From Candidatus Woesearchaeota archaeon (GTDB lineage Archaea; Nanobdellota; Nanobdellia; SCGC-AAA011-G17; JAFCDX01): a DNA stretch of 64,000 nucleotides. The position numbers were made by a program, and so were the translations under genes. A model generated the notes under the pieces. That model saw only the letters and a program-made list of their open reading frames with translations. It had not been told where the DNA came from and searched no databases. Location of the stretch: the NCBI GenBank assembly GCA_017609465.1, contig JAFCDX010000003.1, positions 46,712-110,711 of the forward strand, read 5' to 3'. This document shows positions 28,679 through 38,654 of the stretch, piece after piece (the stretch's first letter is position 1; each line of letters starts with the position of its first letter).

Positions 28679-30112
28679 ATGTCAAAACAAGAAGGTATCA
28701 CAACAAAAAAAGATAAAGATTTTTCTGAATGGTATACTCAAATTATATTAAAGGGGGGGCTTGCTGATTATTCTTCGGTTTCCGGGGCTATCATTCTTAA
28801 ACCAAGAGGATATGAATTGTGGGAAAAGATAAAGGAAGAGGTAGATAAAAGAATAAAGAAACTAGGAGTTAAAAATTGTTATTTTCCATTATTAATACCG
28901 GAATCATTATTAAGCAAAGAAAAAGAGCATATTGAAGGATTTTTCCCTGAAGTTGCATGGGTAACTGAAGCAGGAAATTCAAAATTAAATGAAAGGCTTG
29001 CAATAAGACCAACTTCTGAAACGATAATGTATGATTCATATTCAAAATGGATAAGGTCGTGGAGAGACTTACCTTTAAAATTTAATCAATGGAATAATGT
29101 GGTAAGATGGGAATTCAAACACCCGATTCCATTTTTAAGAACAAGAGAATTTTTATGGAATGAAGGCCATACTGTTTTTGCAACAAAAAAAGAAGCAGAG
29201 GCAGAAAAAGACCAAATATTAAAAGTATATCATGAAGTGTTAAATGATTATATGGCTCTTCCAGGAATCGTTGGAAAAAAATCAAAAAAAGAAAAATTTG
29301 CAGGTGCTGAATACACAGTAAGTGTTGAATTTTATATTCCAAACGGAAAGGCAATACAAGGTCCTGATTTTCATCATGACGGGCAGAGATTTTCAAGAGC
29401 ATATGATATAAAATTCTTAAATAAAGATGGCAATGAAGAATATGCATGGCAAAACACATGGGCAATAACAACAAGAATGATTGGTGTAATGATTGCAATG
29501 CATAGTGACGACAAAGGATTAATCATACCTCCAAAGATGCTAAAAAATAAAGTTGTTATAGTCCCAATTTTATTTGAGGACTCAAAATCAAAAGTTATCA
29601 AGGAAGCAAAAACAATAGAATCAAAATTAAAAAAATATGGTGCTTTCGTGGATTTAAGAGATTACAAGCCAGGCTATAAGTTCAATGATTGGGAACTTAA
29701 GGGAATCCCAATAAGAATAGAAATAGGTCCAAAAGACATTCAAAAAAAGCAGGTTGTATTAACAAGAAGAGACACCAACAAGAAAGAAATTGTAAAGATA
29801 AAAGATATAGAAAAAAAAACAGAAAATGTTCTTGAAGATATCCAAAATAATTTATATAAAAAATCTGAAAAACTTTTAAAAAATAATCTTGTAAAGGTAA
29901 AAGACCTGAAGGAATTTAAAGAGGCAATAAAAAATAAAAAACTTGCCTTGGCTCCATTTTGTAACACTATAGAATGTGAAGATATTATAAAAGATAAATA
30001 TAATGGAGTTAAGTCATTAAACTCTCCCTTGGATCAAAAAAAAGGAAAAAATAAATGTTTGTTCTGCAGAAAAGAGGCAGATTCTTTGTTTTATTTTGGA
30101 AAATCATATTAA
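28679..30112 (+). CDS. proS: prolyl-tRNA synthetase (archaeal/eukaryotic type)
   Basis: Class II motifs, including WNNVVRWEFKHPIPFLRTREFLWNEGHT. Confidence 0.85.
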   Translation: MSKQEGITTKKDKDFSEWYTQIILKGGLADYSSVSGAIILKPRGYELWEKIKEEVDKRIKKLGVKNCYFPLLIPESLLSKEKEHIEGFFPEVAWVTEAGNSKLNERLAIRPTSETIMYDSYSKWIRSWRDLPLKFNQWNNVVRWEFKHPIPFLRTREFLWNEGHTVFATKKEAEAEKDQILKVYHEVLNDYMALPGIVGKKSKKEKFAGAEYTVSVEFYIPNGKAIQGPDFHHDGQRFSRAYDIKFLNKDGNEEYAWQNTWAITTRMIGVMIAMHSDDKGLIIPPKMLKNKVVIVPILFEDSKSKVIKEAKTIESKLKKYGAFVDLRDYKPGYKFNDWELKGIPIRIEIGPKDIQKKQVVLTRRDTNKKEIVKIKDIEKKTENVLEDIQNNLYKKSEKLLKNNLVKVKDLKEFKEAIKNKKLALAPFCNTIECEDIIKDKYNGVKSLNSPLDQKKGKNKCLFCRKEADSLFYFGKSY

Positions 30113-32035
30113 ATTAAAGAAAGCCAACATCTTTATGTAAAAAGGAATATTGTAAAGACTTACTAAAAAACTCTTGCTAGTGTGGTATTGGTAATTATTC
30201 TCATCTTCATATATTATTGATAAGTTTGCAAAATTGTCCGAGCTATAAAATCTTTTTCCTTTTACTGTAAAAATTTTATTTTCATCTCCAAAAAATTCAT
30301 CCTGCCTGTATACTTCATCCCCATTAATATAAAAATGAACATTCTTAACAGGAGCATCGGAAGATAATAGGAATTTCAAATTAATATCCTCTTTATAGCT
30401 AAATTTGTCAGGATAATCAACATTTATTATCTTAAGATTAGGGTCATTAAGAGAATTTATCTCAATATATTTTTCTACATCTACATTATTGGATTTAGCG
30501 CTTATTCTTAATTCCTTGTTTGGATCTAGGTCATTAAATTCCACCTGCCTTGATTCACTTATATATAAATCAAAGTTCCTGCAATCATCATCCAAACAAA
30601 CATCCATATTTTTCAATACTGTATTCCCTGTATTTTTTACTTCGCATACTATGTTTGCTTTTTCATAATCAAAATAATATGGTTTTTTTGGGATGCAAGT
30701 CAAATCTATTTTTTGCGAATAAGAAGATTCTTCTTTTTCAAGATAAGAATATATGTCCTCTTCTACATCTTCCTTATTTATAGTTTCGTATAAATCTCCA
30801 TAAGCTATTTTTTCTGAATAAACCCCTCCAAAAGAACCTATAACTTCAAAAACAGTTGTATATAGATAATCCCTTTCAGTATCTTCAGGCATTATTGCTG
30901 TAAAAAAAACTGTTTTTTCTTCATTTGGCCTTAGCAAAATCATTTTTATGTTTGAATCCTGCAATCCCGGAGCTTTGGTAACTCTTAGATGAATAGGGAC
31001 ATAAAAGGATTGTAGGTTTTTTAAATTAATTTTAACAGGAACATAGCTTCCTGGTCCTACTTGATTATATAATGAATCCATCTCAACTCTAACCAGATTA
31101 GGCAATTTTTCTCCTTTTGATATTAATTGGGTGTTTATTTCCAATGACTTTGCATTAAAATCCATATCTCTAGAAGAAGCGCTTATTACCAAAGAAGGAT
31201 TTGAAGAGTCCTTTGATTCCCCCAAATTTATATGAGATGCATCAACATACCCATATTGTCCATATGTAACATCTACAGGTATCCATCCATAATCAGGAAA
31301 ATAAACTTCTGCCCATCCGTGATTGCCCCAATCTTCTGAGAGTGAAGTATAAGCAACTCCTGAAATAAATCTTGCCGGTATTCCCACAGACCTTGCCATT
31401 GAAATGAATAGATTAGTAATCTCGTCACAAACCCCCTCTCTATTTTCCAAAACCCAACTTGACTTTTGTACAACCTCTGCTGTTAATGTTGTTAAATTAT
31501 ATTGTATATTTGTTCTAACCCAATCCGATAATTTGAAAACTGCCTTATAATAATCATCCTCTCCTGCGATGATCTCATTTGCCTTATTTCTTATATCTTC
31601 ATTTATAACAATATATTCAGAGGGTTCTATAAATTGATTGTAATTTGGATCTAAGTTTTCCAATGGGAAATTTATTTTTTTAGGTATTTGTATTATTTGA
31701 TTGTTTCTTTGAACATTTGCCTCATAGTTTAGGTATATTGAAGTATCTGGATTTATCCATTTATATATTACTTTATCATCAGTCTTCCTTATTTCTGCAT
31801 CTGGATTTACATTGTAATTTACATTTGAAATTATCTGGTATTTTGAATCTCTTGGGTATAAAAAAAGTTCTCCTGTAAGAAAATCTGTCTCTGGATTTGG
31901 TCCCGTAGCAACAAGATCTATATTGGAATCTATTTTTAATTTCATGTTAACAGAAGCATATCCCTCAAAATCCTCCTGCGCAAAAGAAAAAACAGATAGA
32001 AGTACTACAAATACAAATAAAAATTTCAACCTCAT
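30104..32035 (-). CDS. secreted transglutaminase-like protein (papain-like Cys-His-Asp core)
   Basis: Signal peptide MRLKFLFVFVVLLSVFSFA. Core 'GVCDEITNLFISMARSVGIPARFISG...GNHGWAEVYFPDYGWIPVD'. Confidence 0.65.
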   Translation of the reverse strand: MRLKFLFVFVVLLSVFSFAQEDFEGYASVNMKLKIDSNIDLVATGPNPETDFLTGELFLYPRDSKYQIISNVNYNVNPDAEIRKTDDKVIYKWINPDTSIYLNYEANVQRNNQIIQIPKKINFPLENLDPNYNQFIEPSEYIVINEDIRNKANEIIAGEDDYYKAVFKLSDWVRTNIQYNLTTLTAEVVQKSSWVLENREGVCDEITNLFISMARSVGIPARFISGVAYTSLSEDWGNHGWAEVYFPDYGWIPVDVTYGQYGYVDASHINLGESKDSSNPSLVISASSRDMDFNAKSLEINTQLISKGEKLPNLVRVEMDSLYNQVGPGSYVPVKINLKNLQSFYVPIHLRVTKAPGLQDSNIKMILLRPNEEKTVFFTAIMPEDTERDYLYTTVFEVIGSFGGVYSEKIAYGDLYETINKEDVEEDIYSYLEKEESSYSQKIDLTCIPKKPYYFDYEKANIVCEVKNTGNTVLKNMDVCLDDDCRNFDLYISESRQVEFNDLDPNKELRISAKSNNVDVEKYIEINSLNDPNLKIINVDYPDKFSYKEDINLKFLLSSDAPVKNVHFYINGDEVYRQDEFFGDENKIFTVKGKRFYSSDNFANLSIIYEDENNYQYHTSKSFLVSLYNIPFYIKMLAFFNLI

Positions 32036-32985
32036 TTTTTTGACATTAGATTAATATATTCATTAAGTTTTTCTTTTATATTATTTTCTATTTTTATGTT
32101 ATTAATATTTTTTAATTTATTCACATCTGTAAGTGTTCCTGTAAAATTTCTTCCAGCGTCATGCATTTGTTTTTCTATATTCTTTGCTTCAATGGAATTG
32201 AATGATTTCGTAATAGGAAACTTAGTAATTGCATTTGAACCTGCTTTTAATAATGAATATACTTCATCTGTTCTTCTTGGAGTAACTCCAGTTATTATTT
32301 CCAACTTAGGAAACTCTATTCTTGTTTTAGCAACCCATTTCAAATATTGCTCTGTTGTTGGTCCTTTGGAATATGGAGTTCCTTTTACTGGTTTTAATGC
32401 ATAATAAGTTAGCCTGTCCAATTTATATTTCTTGATAAAATCTGCCAACAAATCAAAATCAGACTCCTTTTCACCAAGACCAATTATAATTGTGGCGCTT
32501 TTTTTTCCTTTGTAACTCTTTATCATTTCAAGATAAGGTTCTATTGGCTTATTTGGACATATTTTCTCATGAAGCTTTGGATTAATTGTTTCTATAGATG
32601 CAACTAAACCTTCAATATAAGGCTCAAATAATTTTATTTCCTCTTTGTTTAATGCTCCAAGATTGAGCCATATTCTATTTCCATACAATTCAGACACTTT
32701 TTTTGTTATATTTGCTAAATCATTTAAAGGATAAATATTGTATCCTCCTGTAAGAAACTCTATTCTCCAACCAAGATGTTTTGCCAACAATGCCTCTGTG
32801 TATATTGAAACAGGAGTTCTTCTTGCATTTTTAGCGTGTTTTATTCTTGATTTCAATGTTGACCTATAACAAAATTTGCACGTTCCTACATCACAATACC
32901 AGCTTACAAATATACATCTCCCAAACCAGGTTTCATTTGGAAAATTTTTTCTATAAACTTCATTTGCTTGTTCCAATAATTTCAT
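32032..32985 (-). CDS. radical-SAM-like TIM-barrel protein with unusual Cx4Cx2C cluster
   Basis: 'FGRCIFVSWYCDVGTCKFCY' near the N-terminus. Resembles the BioB/ThiH/HydE-like fold. Stop overlaps the start of the transglutaminase-like gene. Confidence 0.45.
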   Translation of the reverse strand: MKLLEQANEVYRKNFPNETWFGRCIFVSWYCDVGTCKFCYRSTLKSRIKHAKNARRTPVSIYTEALLAKHLGWRIEFLTGGYNIYPLNDLANITKKVSELYGNRIWLNLGALNKEEIKLFEPYIEGLVASIETINPKLHEKICPNKPIEPYLEMIKSYKGKKSATIIIGLGEKESDFDLLADFIKKYKLDRLTYYALKPVKGTPYSKGPTTEQYLKWVAKTRIEFPKLEIITGVTPRRTDEVYSLLKAGSNAITKFPITKSFNSIEAKNIEKQMHDAGRNFTGTLTDVNKLKNINNIKIENNIKEKLNEYINLMSKK

Positions 32986-33051
32986 TTTAAATCTACATTA
33001 AAAAAATTTAAACTTCCTTTGAATGATATTGGTTTTTTCTTCTTGGATTTT

Positions 33052-33348
33052 TTAATATAAACCCATAACCTCCCACTTCATTGAAAATACCAAATGCTTG
33101 TCTTTATCAATTAAAAATTCTTTTTTGTTATCATATTTTTTAACATCAACCAATTCAACTTCTCCTACGATTTTTTGTCTTGGCAATTCCTTAAAATTAA
33201 ACTCTTTCATTTTCTTTTCGTAAATGTTTCCTGAAGCATGCACAAAAAATTTCCCTTTAAATTTAGTATTCCATTTTCTTATTTCTATTGTTTTCCTTCC
33301 TTGTATAACCAATTCTTCCCATGGCTGTTTTAATGATAATGCTTTCAT
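33052..33348 (-). CDS. ASCH-domain (PUA-like) protein
   Basis: LSLKQPWEELVIQGRKTIEIRKW is the ASCH signature. Confidence 0.6.
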   Translation of the reverse strand: MKALSLKQPWEELVIQGRKTIEIRKWNTKFKGKFFVHASGNIYEKKMKEFNFKELPRQKIVGEVELVDVKKYDNKKEFLIDKDKHLVFSMKWEVMGLY

Positions 33349-34367
33349 TTTAATTGATTTTTTATGTTATCTATAAAGGTATGAAAATCGTCTGCGGAAA
33401 CACTGGAACCGCATGCATGTTCATGACCACCCCCATAACCCTTAACATTTACTAATGCTTTTTTTAATATTGGGGGTATTACTATTTTAGAAGATCTTAG
33501 ACTCATTTTTATTTCATTTCCTTTTTCTCTCCCTATAATTATTATTTTATCAGGAAATTTATGTATAAGTTCATTGGATAATTCAGAAGTAAAACTCATT
33601 TTAGAACTTGAATACGTAAATATTATAGGATTGTAATTCTTTTTTTCAAGAGCCTTTTCAAGAAGAATATCATATTGTTTTTTTATATGAGTATAATACC
33701 TATGCAAATATTTTCCTTTTGGGGTTTTCTGGTCAAGAATCTCGTAAGGATCTCTTATTTTTGAAAGTATAGATATATTTTTTCTTATGTCAATTGTCTT
33801 ACCTTTCAAGATAAAGGAAAATATTCTTATTAATTCCCCAAGCCTTGTTTCAAATATTATTTTTCCAGGGTCTTTTTCATTTTTTATCAAACCAGGATAT
33901 TTTTTCTTAAATTCTTTTAAATAATCTGGGATATACCAATCAGCGATAGCACCTATAGTAGCAATCCATAAAGATCCTTTTGTTATTTTATAAGACCAAT
34001 AAGATACAGGGGAATTATCTTTTGGGTTTCTTATCAAAGGATTATAATAATGAACTCCTTTTCTCTTCACAATAGGATGATGATCAATCCAATATAAAGG
34101 AACATTTACCTTGTCTATGAAATCCTGCCCTATAATGGGTTTGTCCAATACAAAAACTTTGTCGGGACTCAATTCATTTATTTTTCTTAAATAACTTATA
34201 TCAAGCATGGGAGAAGATTTAATTATTATTCCCTTTGAATTCTCATTTAATTCCTTGAACAAAAGATAAGAACATAAACCATCAGGGTCATCATCAAAGA
34301 AAACCAATGGATTCTCGGAATCTGCAAAAGCTTCTCTTATAATCTTAATTTCCTTGTCTATTATCAT
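33345..34367 (-). CDS. DHH-family phosphoesterase (NrnA/RecJ-like core)
   Basis: FFDDDPDGLCS and IDHHPI motifs. Overlaps the ASCH gene start (ATGA). Confidence 0.65.
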   Translation of the reverse strand: MIIDKEIKIIREAFADSENPLVFFDDDPDGLCSYLLFKELNENSKGIIIKSSPMLDISYLRKINELSPDKVFVLDKPIIGQDFIDKVNVPLYWIDHHPIVKRKGVHYYNPLIRNPKDNSPVSYWSYKITKGSLWIATIGAIADWYIPDYLKEFKKKYPGLIKNEKDPGKIIFETRLGELIRIFSFILKGKTIDIRKNISILSKIRDPYEILDQKTPKGKYLHRYYTHIKKQYDILLEKALEKKNYNPIIFTYSSSKMSFTSELSNELIHKFPDKIIIIGREKGNEIKMSLRSSKIVIPPILKKALVNVKGYGGGHEHACGSSVSADDFHTFIDNIKNQLK

Positions 34368-34417
34368 ATATTAAAATTGTAGAAAACATTTAAAAATGTT
34401 TATATTATAATCAGTAT

Positions 34418-35017
34418 ATGAAAATACTGAAGGAATATGAAGCCGAGGAATTATTGAAAAAAGAGGGTTTTAATATTGTTGAGAGAGATATAGCAGAAAA
34501 TAAGGAACAAGCAATAAAAAAAGCAGAAAAGATAGGATATCCTGTTGTTCTCAAAAATATTGAGCTTTTGCATAAATCAGACAAAAATGGAGTTAGATTA
34601 AATATTTATAAGGAAAACCTGGAAAAGAATTTCAAGGAGTTAAAATCAAAAAAAGTCCTTATACAAAAACAGGAGAAAGGTTCCGAATTCTTAATTGGAA
34701 TAAAAAAAGATGATGTGTTTGGACATGTAATCATGTTTGGTATTGGTGGGATTTATACTGAATTGCTAAATGATATATCATTAAGAGTATATCCTATATC
34801 TAAAAAGGATGCAAAGGATATGGTAGATGATATAAAATATAATAAAATATTTAATTTTAGAAACGTAAAACTTAACAAAAAAGTGATAATCAATAATTTG
34901 TTGAAAATTAATTCATTAGTCAAAAAATATCCAAAAATAAAAGAGCTTGACATAAACCCTTTAATATTAAATGAAAAAGAAGGAGTTATAGCAGATGCCA
35001 GAATCATATTTGAGTAA
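34418..35017 (+). CDS. acetyl-CoA synthetase (ADP-forming) beta subunit / ATP-grasp domain
   Basis: ATP-grasp fold of acetate--CoA ligase beta (YPVVLKNIELLHKSDKNGVRLNI...IGIKKDDVFGHVIMFGIGGIYTELLNDIS). Confidence 0.6.
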   Translation: MKILKEYEAEELLKKEGFNIVERDIAENKEQAIKKAEKIGYPVVLKNIELLHKSDKNGVRLNIYKENLEKNFKELKSKKVLIQKQEKGSEFLIGIKKDDVFGHVIMFGIGGIYTELLNDISLRVYPISKKDAKDMVDDIKYNKIFNFRNVKLNKKVIINNLLKINSLVKKYPKIKELDINPLILNEKEGVIADARIIFE

Positions 35018-35285
35018 TATATGGCTAAGGATTTTAATATATGTATTTATCTTAATTGCATTGTTTATATACGTTAAATTATCAAGAATTGAGATAAATG
35101 GTGTTAAATTAATAAAATTGCATTGGAGAATCATACTCGCGGTGTTTTTTCCATTAATATTTGTTATATTCTTCTTTTTAGGATCAATTTTCTTGGCATT
35201 TATATTAACCATAATTTTCATAATATTGTTGATTAGTATATTAACAAGCTTTTATTATAAAAGAAAGGTTTTTAAACATAAATAA
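34995..35285 (+). CDS. small membrane protein (2-3 TM), hypothetical
   Basis: Hydrophobic helices; overlaps the end of the preceding gene. No similarity recognised. Confidence 0.3.
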   Translation: MPESYLSNIWLRILIYVFILIALFIYVKLSRIEINGVKLIKLHWRIILAVFFPLIFVIFFFLGSIFLAFILTIIFIILLISILTSFYYKRKVFKHK

Positions 35286-35297
35286 GAAACATATAAT

Positions 35298-35501
35298 ATG
35301 AGACCCATACTATCCTTAACTGCTATGGAAAAACTACTTAGAAAATATGGAGCTTTAAGAGTAAGTGATGAGGCAAAAAGAGCATTAGCAGAAATATTAG
35401 AAGATCATGCAGAGCAAATATCTGACAAGGCAATCAAGATAGCAAAGCACGCAAAGAGAAAAACCATAAAAGCCGGAGATATAAAATTAGCAGTTAAGTA
35501 A
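35298..35501 (+). CDS. archaeal histone (HMf family)
   Basis: ALRVSDEAKRALAEILEDHAEQISDKAIKIAKHAKRKTIKAGDIKLAVK is the histone fold. Confidence 0.8.
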   Translation: MRPILSLTAMEKLLRKYGALRVSDEAKRALAEILEDHAEQISDKAIKIAKHAKRKTIKAGDIKLAVK

Positions 35502-36123
35502 AACCATATTCTCCTCTTAAGGGTACAAAAGCAAAATCACCTAAATCTTCCCTTATTAATTTTCCTTTTTCTTTTGTGATTTTAATCATTTTTTGTTGTT
35601 GTTGATTATAACCAACAGGAGCAATTAATATCCCATTTTCCTTTAACTGTTCTATTAATGGACTTGGAATATCCGGAGATGCTGCAGTAACAATAATCTT
35701 GTCATAAGGAGCCTCTTTTTCATATCCTTTAGAACCATCCCCATGAATAACAGTTACATTCTTTATATTTACTTTTTTTAGATTTTCTTTTGCAAAATCA
35801 TATAATTCTTTTACATATTCAATCGTATAAACATTTCTTGCTAATTTAGAAATAAGAGCTGCATTATATCCAGATCCAGTTCCAATCTCTAAAACTTTAT
35901 CTGTTTTTTTTAAATCTAAGGCGTCAAGCATTAACATTATTGTTGTAGGTTGCGATATTGTTTGTCCCCCAAGAATTGGTAATGGATTATCATCATAAGA
36001 TTTATCAACTAAATCATCAAGAACAAATTTTTCTCTTGGAATTTCTTCAAAAGCCTTTAATAATTTATCATTTTTAATTAATTTAGAATCTTTCCAATAT
36101 CTTAACAAAGATTTTTTAGACAT
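35494..36123 (-). CDS. pcm: protein-L-isoaspartate O-methyltransferase
   Basis: ISQPTTIMLMLDAL...VLEIGTGSGYNAA. Confidence 0.8.
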   Translation of the reverse strand: MSKKSLLRYWKDSKLIKNDKLLKAFEEIPREKFVLDDLVDKSYDDNPLPILGGQTISQPTTIMLMLDALDLKKTDKVLEIGTGSGYNAALISKLARNVYTIEYVKELYDFAKENLKKVNIKNVTVIHGDGSKGYEKEAPYDKIIVTAASPDIPSPLIEQLKENGILIAPVGYNQQQQKMIKITKEKGKLIREDLGDFAFVPLRGEYGFT

Positions 36124-36704
36124 TATTTGCCTCTTCTTTTATTTGCTCTTAGACTGGGCCTTATTTTTTCTGCCCCTTTTCCTTTATTTCCTTTAAGTCC
36201 CCTAGACTTTCTTCCTGCGCTAGTTAAACCTCTATATACTCTTCCTTTCTGTTTATTAGAACAAATCCAGTTAATTTTCTTGTCTTTTTTTATCTCTGGG
36301 CTTTGAGGGTCTACCATTATCACTTCAAACCAAGAATGCTTACCGTCTTTTGCCAACCAATAACTTCCAAGAACTTCCAAATTTACAAACTTTCTGTTAG
36401 CACGCTCTTCAGCAATCCATTGATAATTTTTCTTGACTATTTTTCTTTGTCCTGCTCTCTTAGACCTTCTTCCTTTATTTATTCTCTGTCTTTTTCTTCC
36501 ACCACTTTTAACTCTTACACGTGAAACAACAAAACCTTTTTTTGCCCTATAACCCAAAGTTCTTGCTCTATCCAATCTAGTTGGTTTATCTACTTTAACA
36601 ACAGAATTCTCTTTTCTCCATTTAACAAGTCTATCTTTCCAAATAGAACCAAGATTTGCCTTTGGTTTCTTCCATGCTTCGCTTATTTTTTTGTATAATC
36701 CCAT
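36123..36704 (-). CDS. rpl15e: 50S ribosomal protein L15e
   Basis: [15 protein letters not shown]...[23 protein letters not shown]. Confidence 0.85.
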   Translation of the reverse strand: MGLYKKISEAWKKPKANLGSIWKDRLVKWRKENSVVKVDKPTRLDRARTLGYRAKKGFVVSRVRVKSGGRKRQRINKGRRSKRAGQRKIVKKNYQWIAEERANRKFVNLEVLGSYWLAKDGKHSWFEVIMVDPQSPEIKKDKKINWICSNKQKGRVYRGLTSAGRKSRGLKGNKGKGAEKIRPSLRANKRRGK

Positions 36705-36798
36705 TTTTCCTTTGATTCAGGCCCCATTGAAACCCACATCTCATTTAATTAAAAAATCAAATGAAATATATATAAATGTTTTGATTATCTCTTGATAT

Positions 36799-37359
36799 AT
36801 GGCTATTATAACCTTTAAAGAAATATTCTATATGGTTGTTATAACTGTAGTTTTAGCGTATATATTCATGAGTTTTATCAGACCTAAGAATACTGAATTT
36901 TTCACATACAAAAAAAGAGGTTTTGATTGGGATTCTTTCAAGTTTTCAGCAATGGTTGCAGCACCTGGAGTAATACTCCATGAATTAGGACATAAATTTA
37001 TGGGGCTGTATTTTGGATATAATGCATCTTTTGAGATATTCTGGTTTGGTTTGTTCCTGGGTGTTTTCTTAAAAATAATAGGGAGTCCTTTCCTAATAAT
37101 AGCCCCAGGTTATGTTACTTTGCCAGGGATAGCAAACCCTTTACATTTATCGCTTACAGCATTTGCAGGTCCTTTCATAAATCTTGTATTATGGATTGGT
37201 TCCTTGGCAATACTAAACAGAGCAAAATTAACAAGGAAACAGGCAGAATTTTTCTATCTTACAAAGCACATTAATATGATATTATTCATATTTAATATGA
37301 TACCATTTCCTCCTCTTGATGGGTCAAAAGTGTTAACTGGGTTGTTCTCTTTCCTTTAA
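36799..37359 (+). CDS. minimal site-2-protease-like (M50) membrane metalloprotease
   Basis: HELGHKFMG (HExxH in a TM helix) and the downstream FPPLDGSKV (LDG) motif. Confidence 0.55.
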   Translation: MAIITFKEIFYMVVITVVLAYIFMSFIRPKNTEFFTYKKRGFDWDSFKFSAMVAAPGVILHELGHKFMGLYFGYNASFEIFWFGLFLGVFLKIIGSPFLIIAPGYVTLPGIANPLHLSLTAFAGPFINLVLWIGSLAILNRAKLTRKQAEFFYLTKHINMILFIFNMIPFPPLDGSKVLTGLFSFL

Positions 37360-38139
37360 TTCATTTTCAAGAAACTCTATTTCTTTTTTTATCTTATTTA
37401 TCTCTTTTGACTTATCTTGCTCTAGGAGCTTTCCACACTCAGGACACCTGAATTCAAGTTCCATTGCTTCTTGCAAATCAACTCTTTCGCATTTGTTTGC
37501 ACATATATAGAAATAATTTGTTTGCTCTTCTTTTATTTTATTTTTTAATTTCTCAAGTCTCTTTCTTTTAGTGTCCCAATACAAATCTTCAACCTTTTTA
37601 GGGTCAAGTGTCCAATAATAAATATACCATCCTCTTTGCTTGTCTTTTTTTCTTACTGAATTAACAAGGGAATAATTGTCAAGTTTGTATATTATTTTCC
37701 TGAATTGATTTATTGACATATTCAACTTTTCTGCAATTATAAATTCAGAAACATTGTTTTTCTTCAATAACAAATCCACAACAGGTATTGTGTCCTGGCC
37801 TATTAAATCAGCTATGAAATCCTTTACCTTTTGCTCGGAAATCTTTAAATGATATATAGGGGGTTTTAATTTTTCTTCTTCCTTCTTTTTTGTTCTTTTT
37901 TTAGTTGGTTTTTTCTTAGCAACCTTCTTTTTTGTTGATTTCTTTGATTTTTTTATATGTTTTTTCTTGATGGTTTTCTTAGAAGTTTTCTTCTTTTTTG
38001 TTGATTTTTTCTTTACTTTCTTTTTTTTGGATGATTTTTTTGACTTAGAAGAAAGCTTTTTTCTAGTAGTTTTCTTTTTTAATCCCTTAGAAGTCTTTTT
38101 TGATTTTTTGGCCATAAGGTTTTTAATAACAATAACCAA
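37333..38139 (-). CDS. tfe: transcription factor E (TFE alpha) with ~90-aa Lys-rich N-terminal extension
   Basis: Winged helix plus zinc ribbon (YFYICANKCERV...FRCPECGKLL). N-terminus is a KKSKK/TKKK low-complexity tail. Confidence 0.65.
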   Translation of the reverse strand: MVIVIKNLMAKKSKKTSKGLKKKTTRKKLSSKSKKSSKKKKVKKKSTKKKKTSKKTIKKKHIKKSKKSTKKKVAKKKPTKKRTKKKEEEKLKPPIYHLKISEQKVKDFIADLIGQDTIPVVDLLLKKNNVSEFIIAEKLNMSINQFRKIIYKLDNYSLVNSVRKKDKQRGWYIYYWTLDPKKVEDLYWDTKRKRLEKLKNKIKEEQTNYFYICANKCERVDLQEAMELEFRCPECGKLLEQDKSKEINKIKKEIEFLENELKEREQPS

Positions 38140-38216
38140 TATAAAAACTTTTTGATTTATTTACTACAATAAAATAACAAGAAAAGCTTTTAATAATGGA
38201 GTAATTTAATTTATAC

Positions 38217-38654
38217 ATGGGTATTTTCAAGAAAAAAGAGAAAAAAGAGGATAAAGACAAGCTTCCTGAACTCCCAAAAATGGAGTTTCCAAGTTATGAG
38301 CCTCAAATAAACAAAATAGATAAACAAGAAGATTCTGAGGAAGAGGAAGAGATTCCTAAAAATTACAAACCTGTAATGAAGAGACCTGTAAGTTATGAAA
38401 GTTCTATGCCAAGAAGAAGAGCGGAAGTTGAGGAAGGAAAACCCCTTTTCATAAAGATAGAAAAATACAAGGAAGCAATAAATGACTTAGAAAACATAAA
38501 GAAAAGAATAAGAGAGGCAGAAGATATTCTTAGCGAACTTGAAAGGATAAAGCAAGAAGAAGATAAAGAGATAGAAAACTGGAGAATTGAGGTAAACAAA
38601 ATAAAGGACAGATTAATGGATGTTGATAGAAAATTATTTGAAGGAGAATCATGA
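38217..38654 (+). CDS. acidic coiled-coil protein, hypothetical
   Basis: No motif recognised. Start of the next ORF overlaps its stop. Confidence 0.35.
   Translation: MGIFKKKEKKEDKDKLPELPKMEFPSYEPQINKIDKQEDSEEEEEIPKNYKPVMKRPVSYESSMPRRRAEVEEGKPLFIKIEKYKEAINDLENIKKRIREAEDILSELERIKQEEDKEIENWRIEVNKIKDRLMDVDRKLFEGES

Noticed and set aside
36705-36798. Possible tRNA in the spacer ('ttcaggccccattgaaaccc')
   Set aside because: No acceptor/T-arm pairing or cloverleaf could be built.
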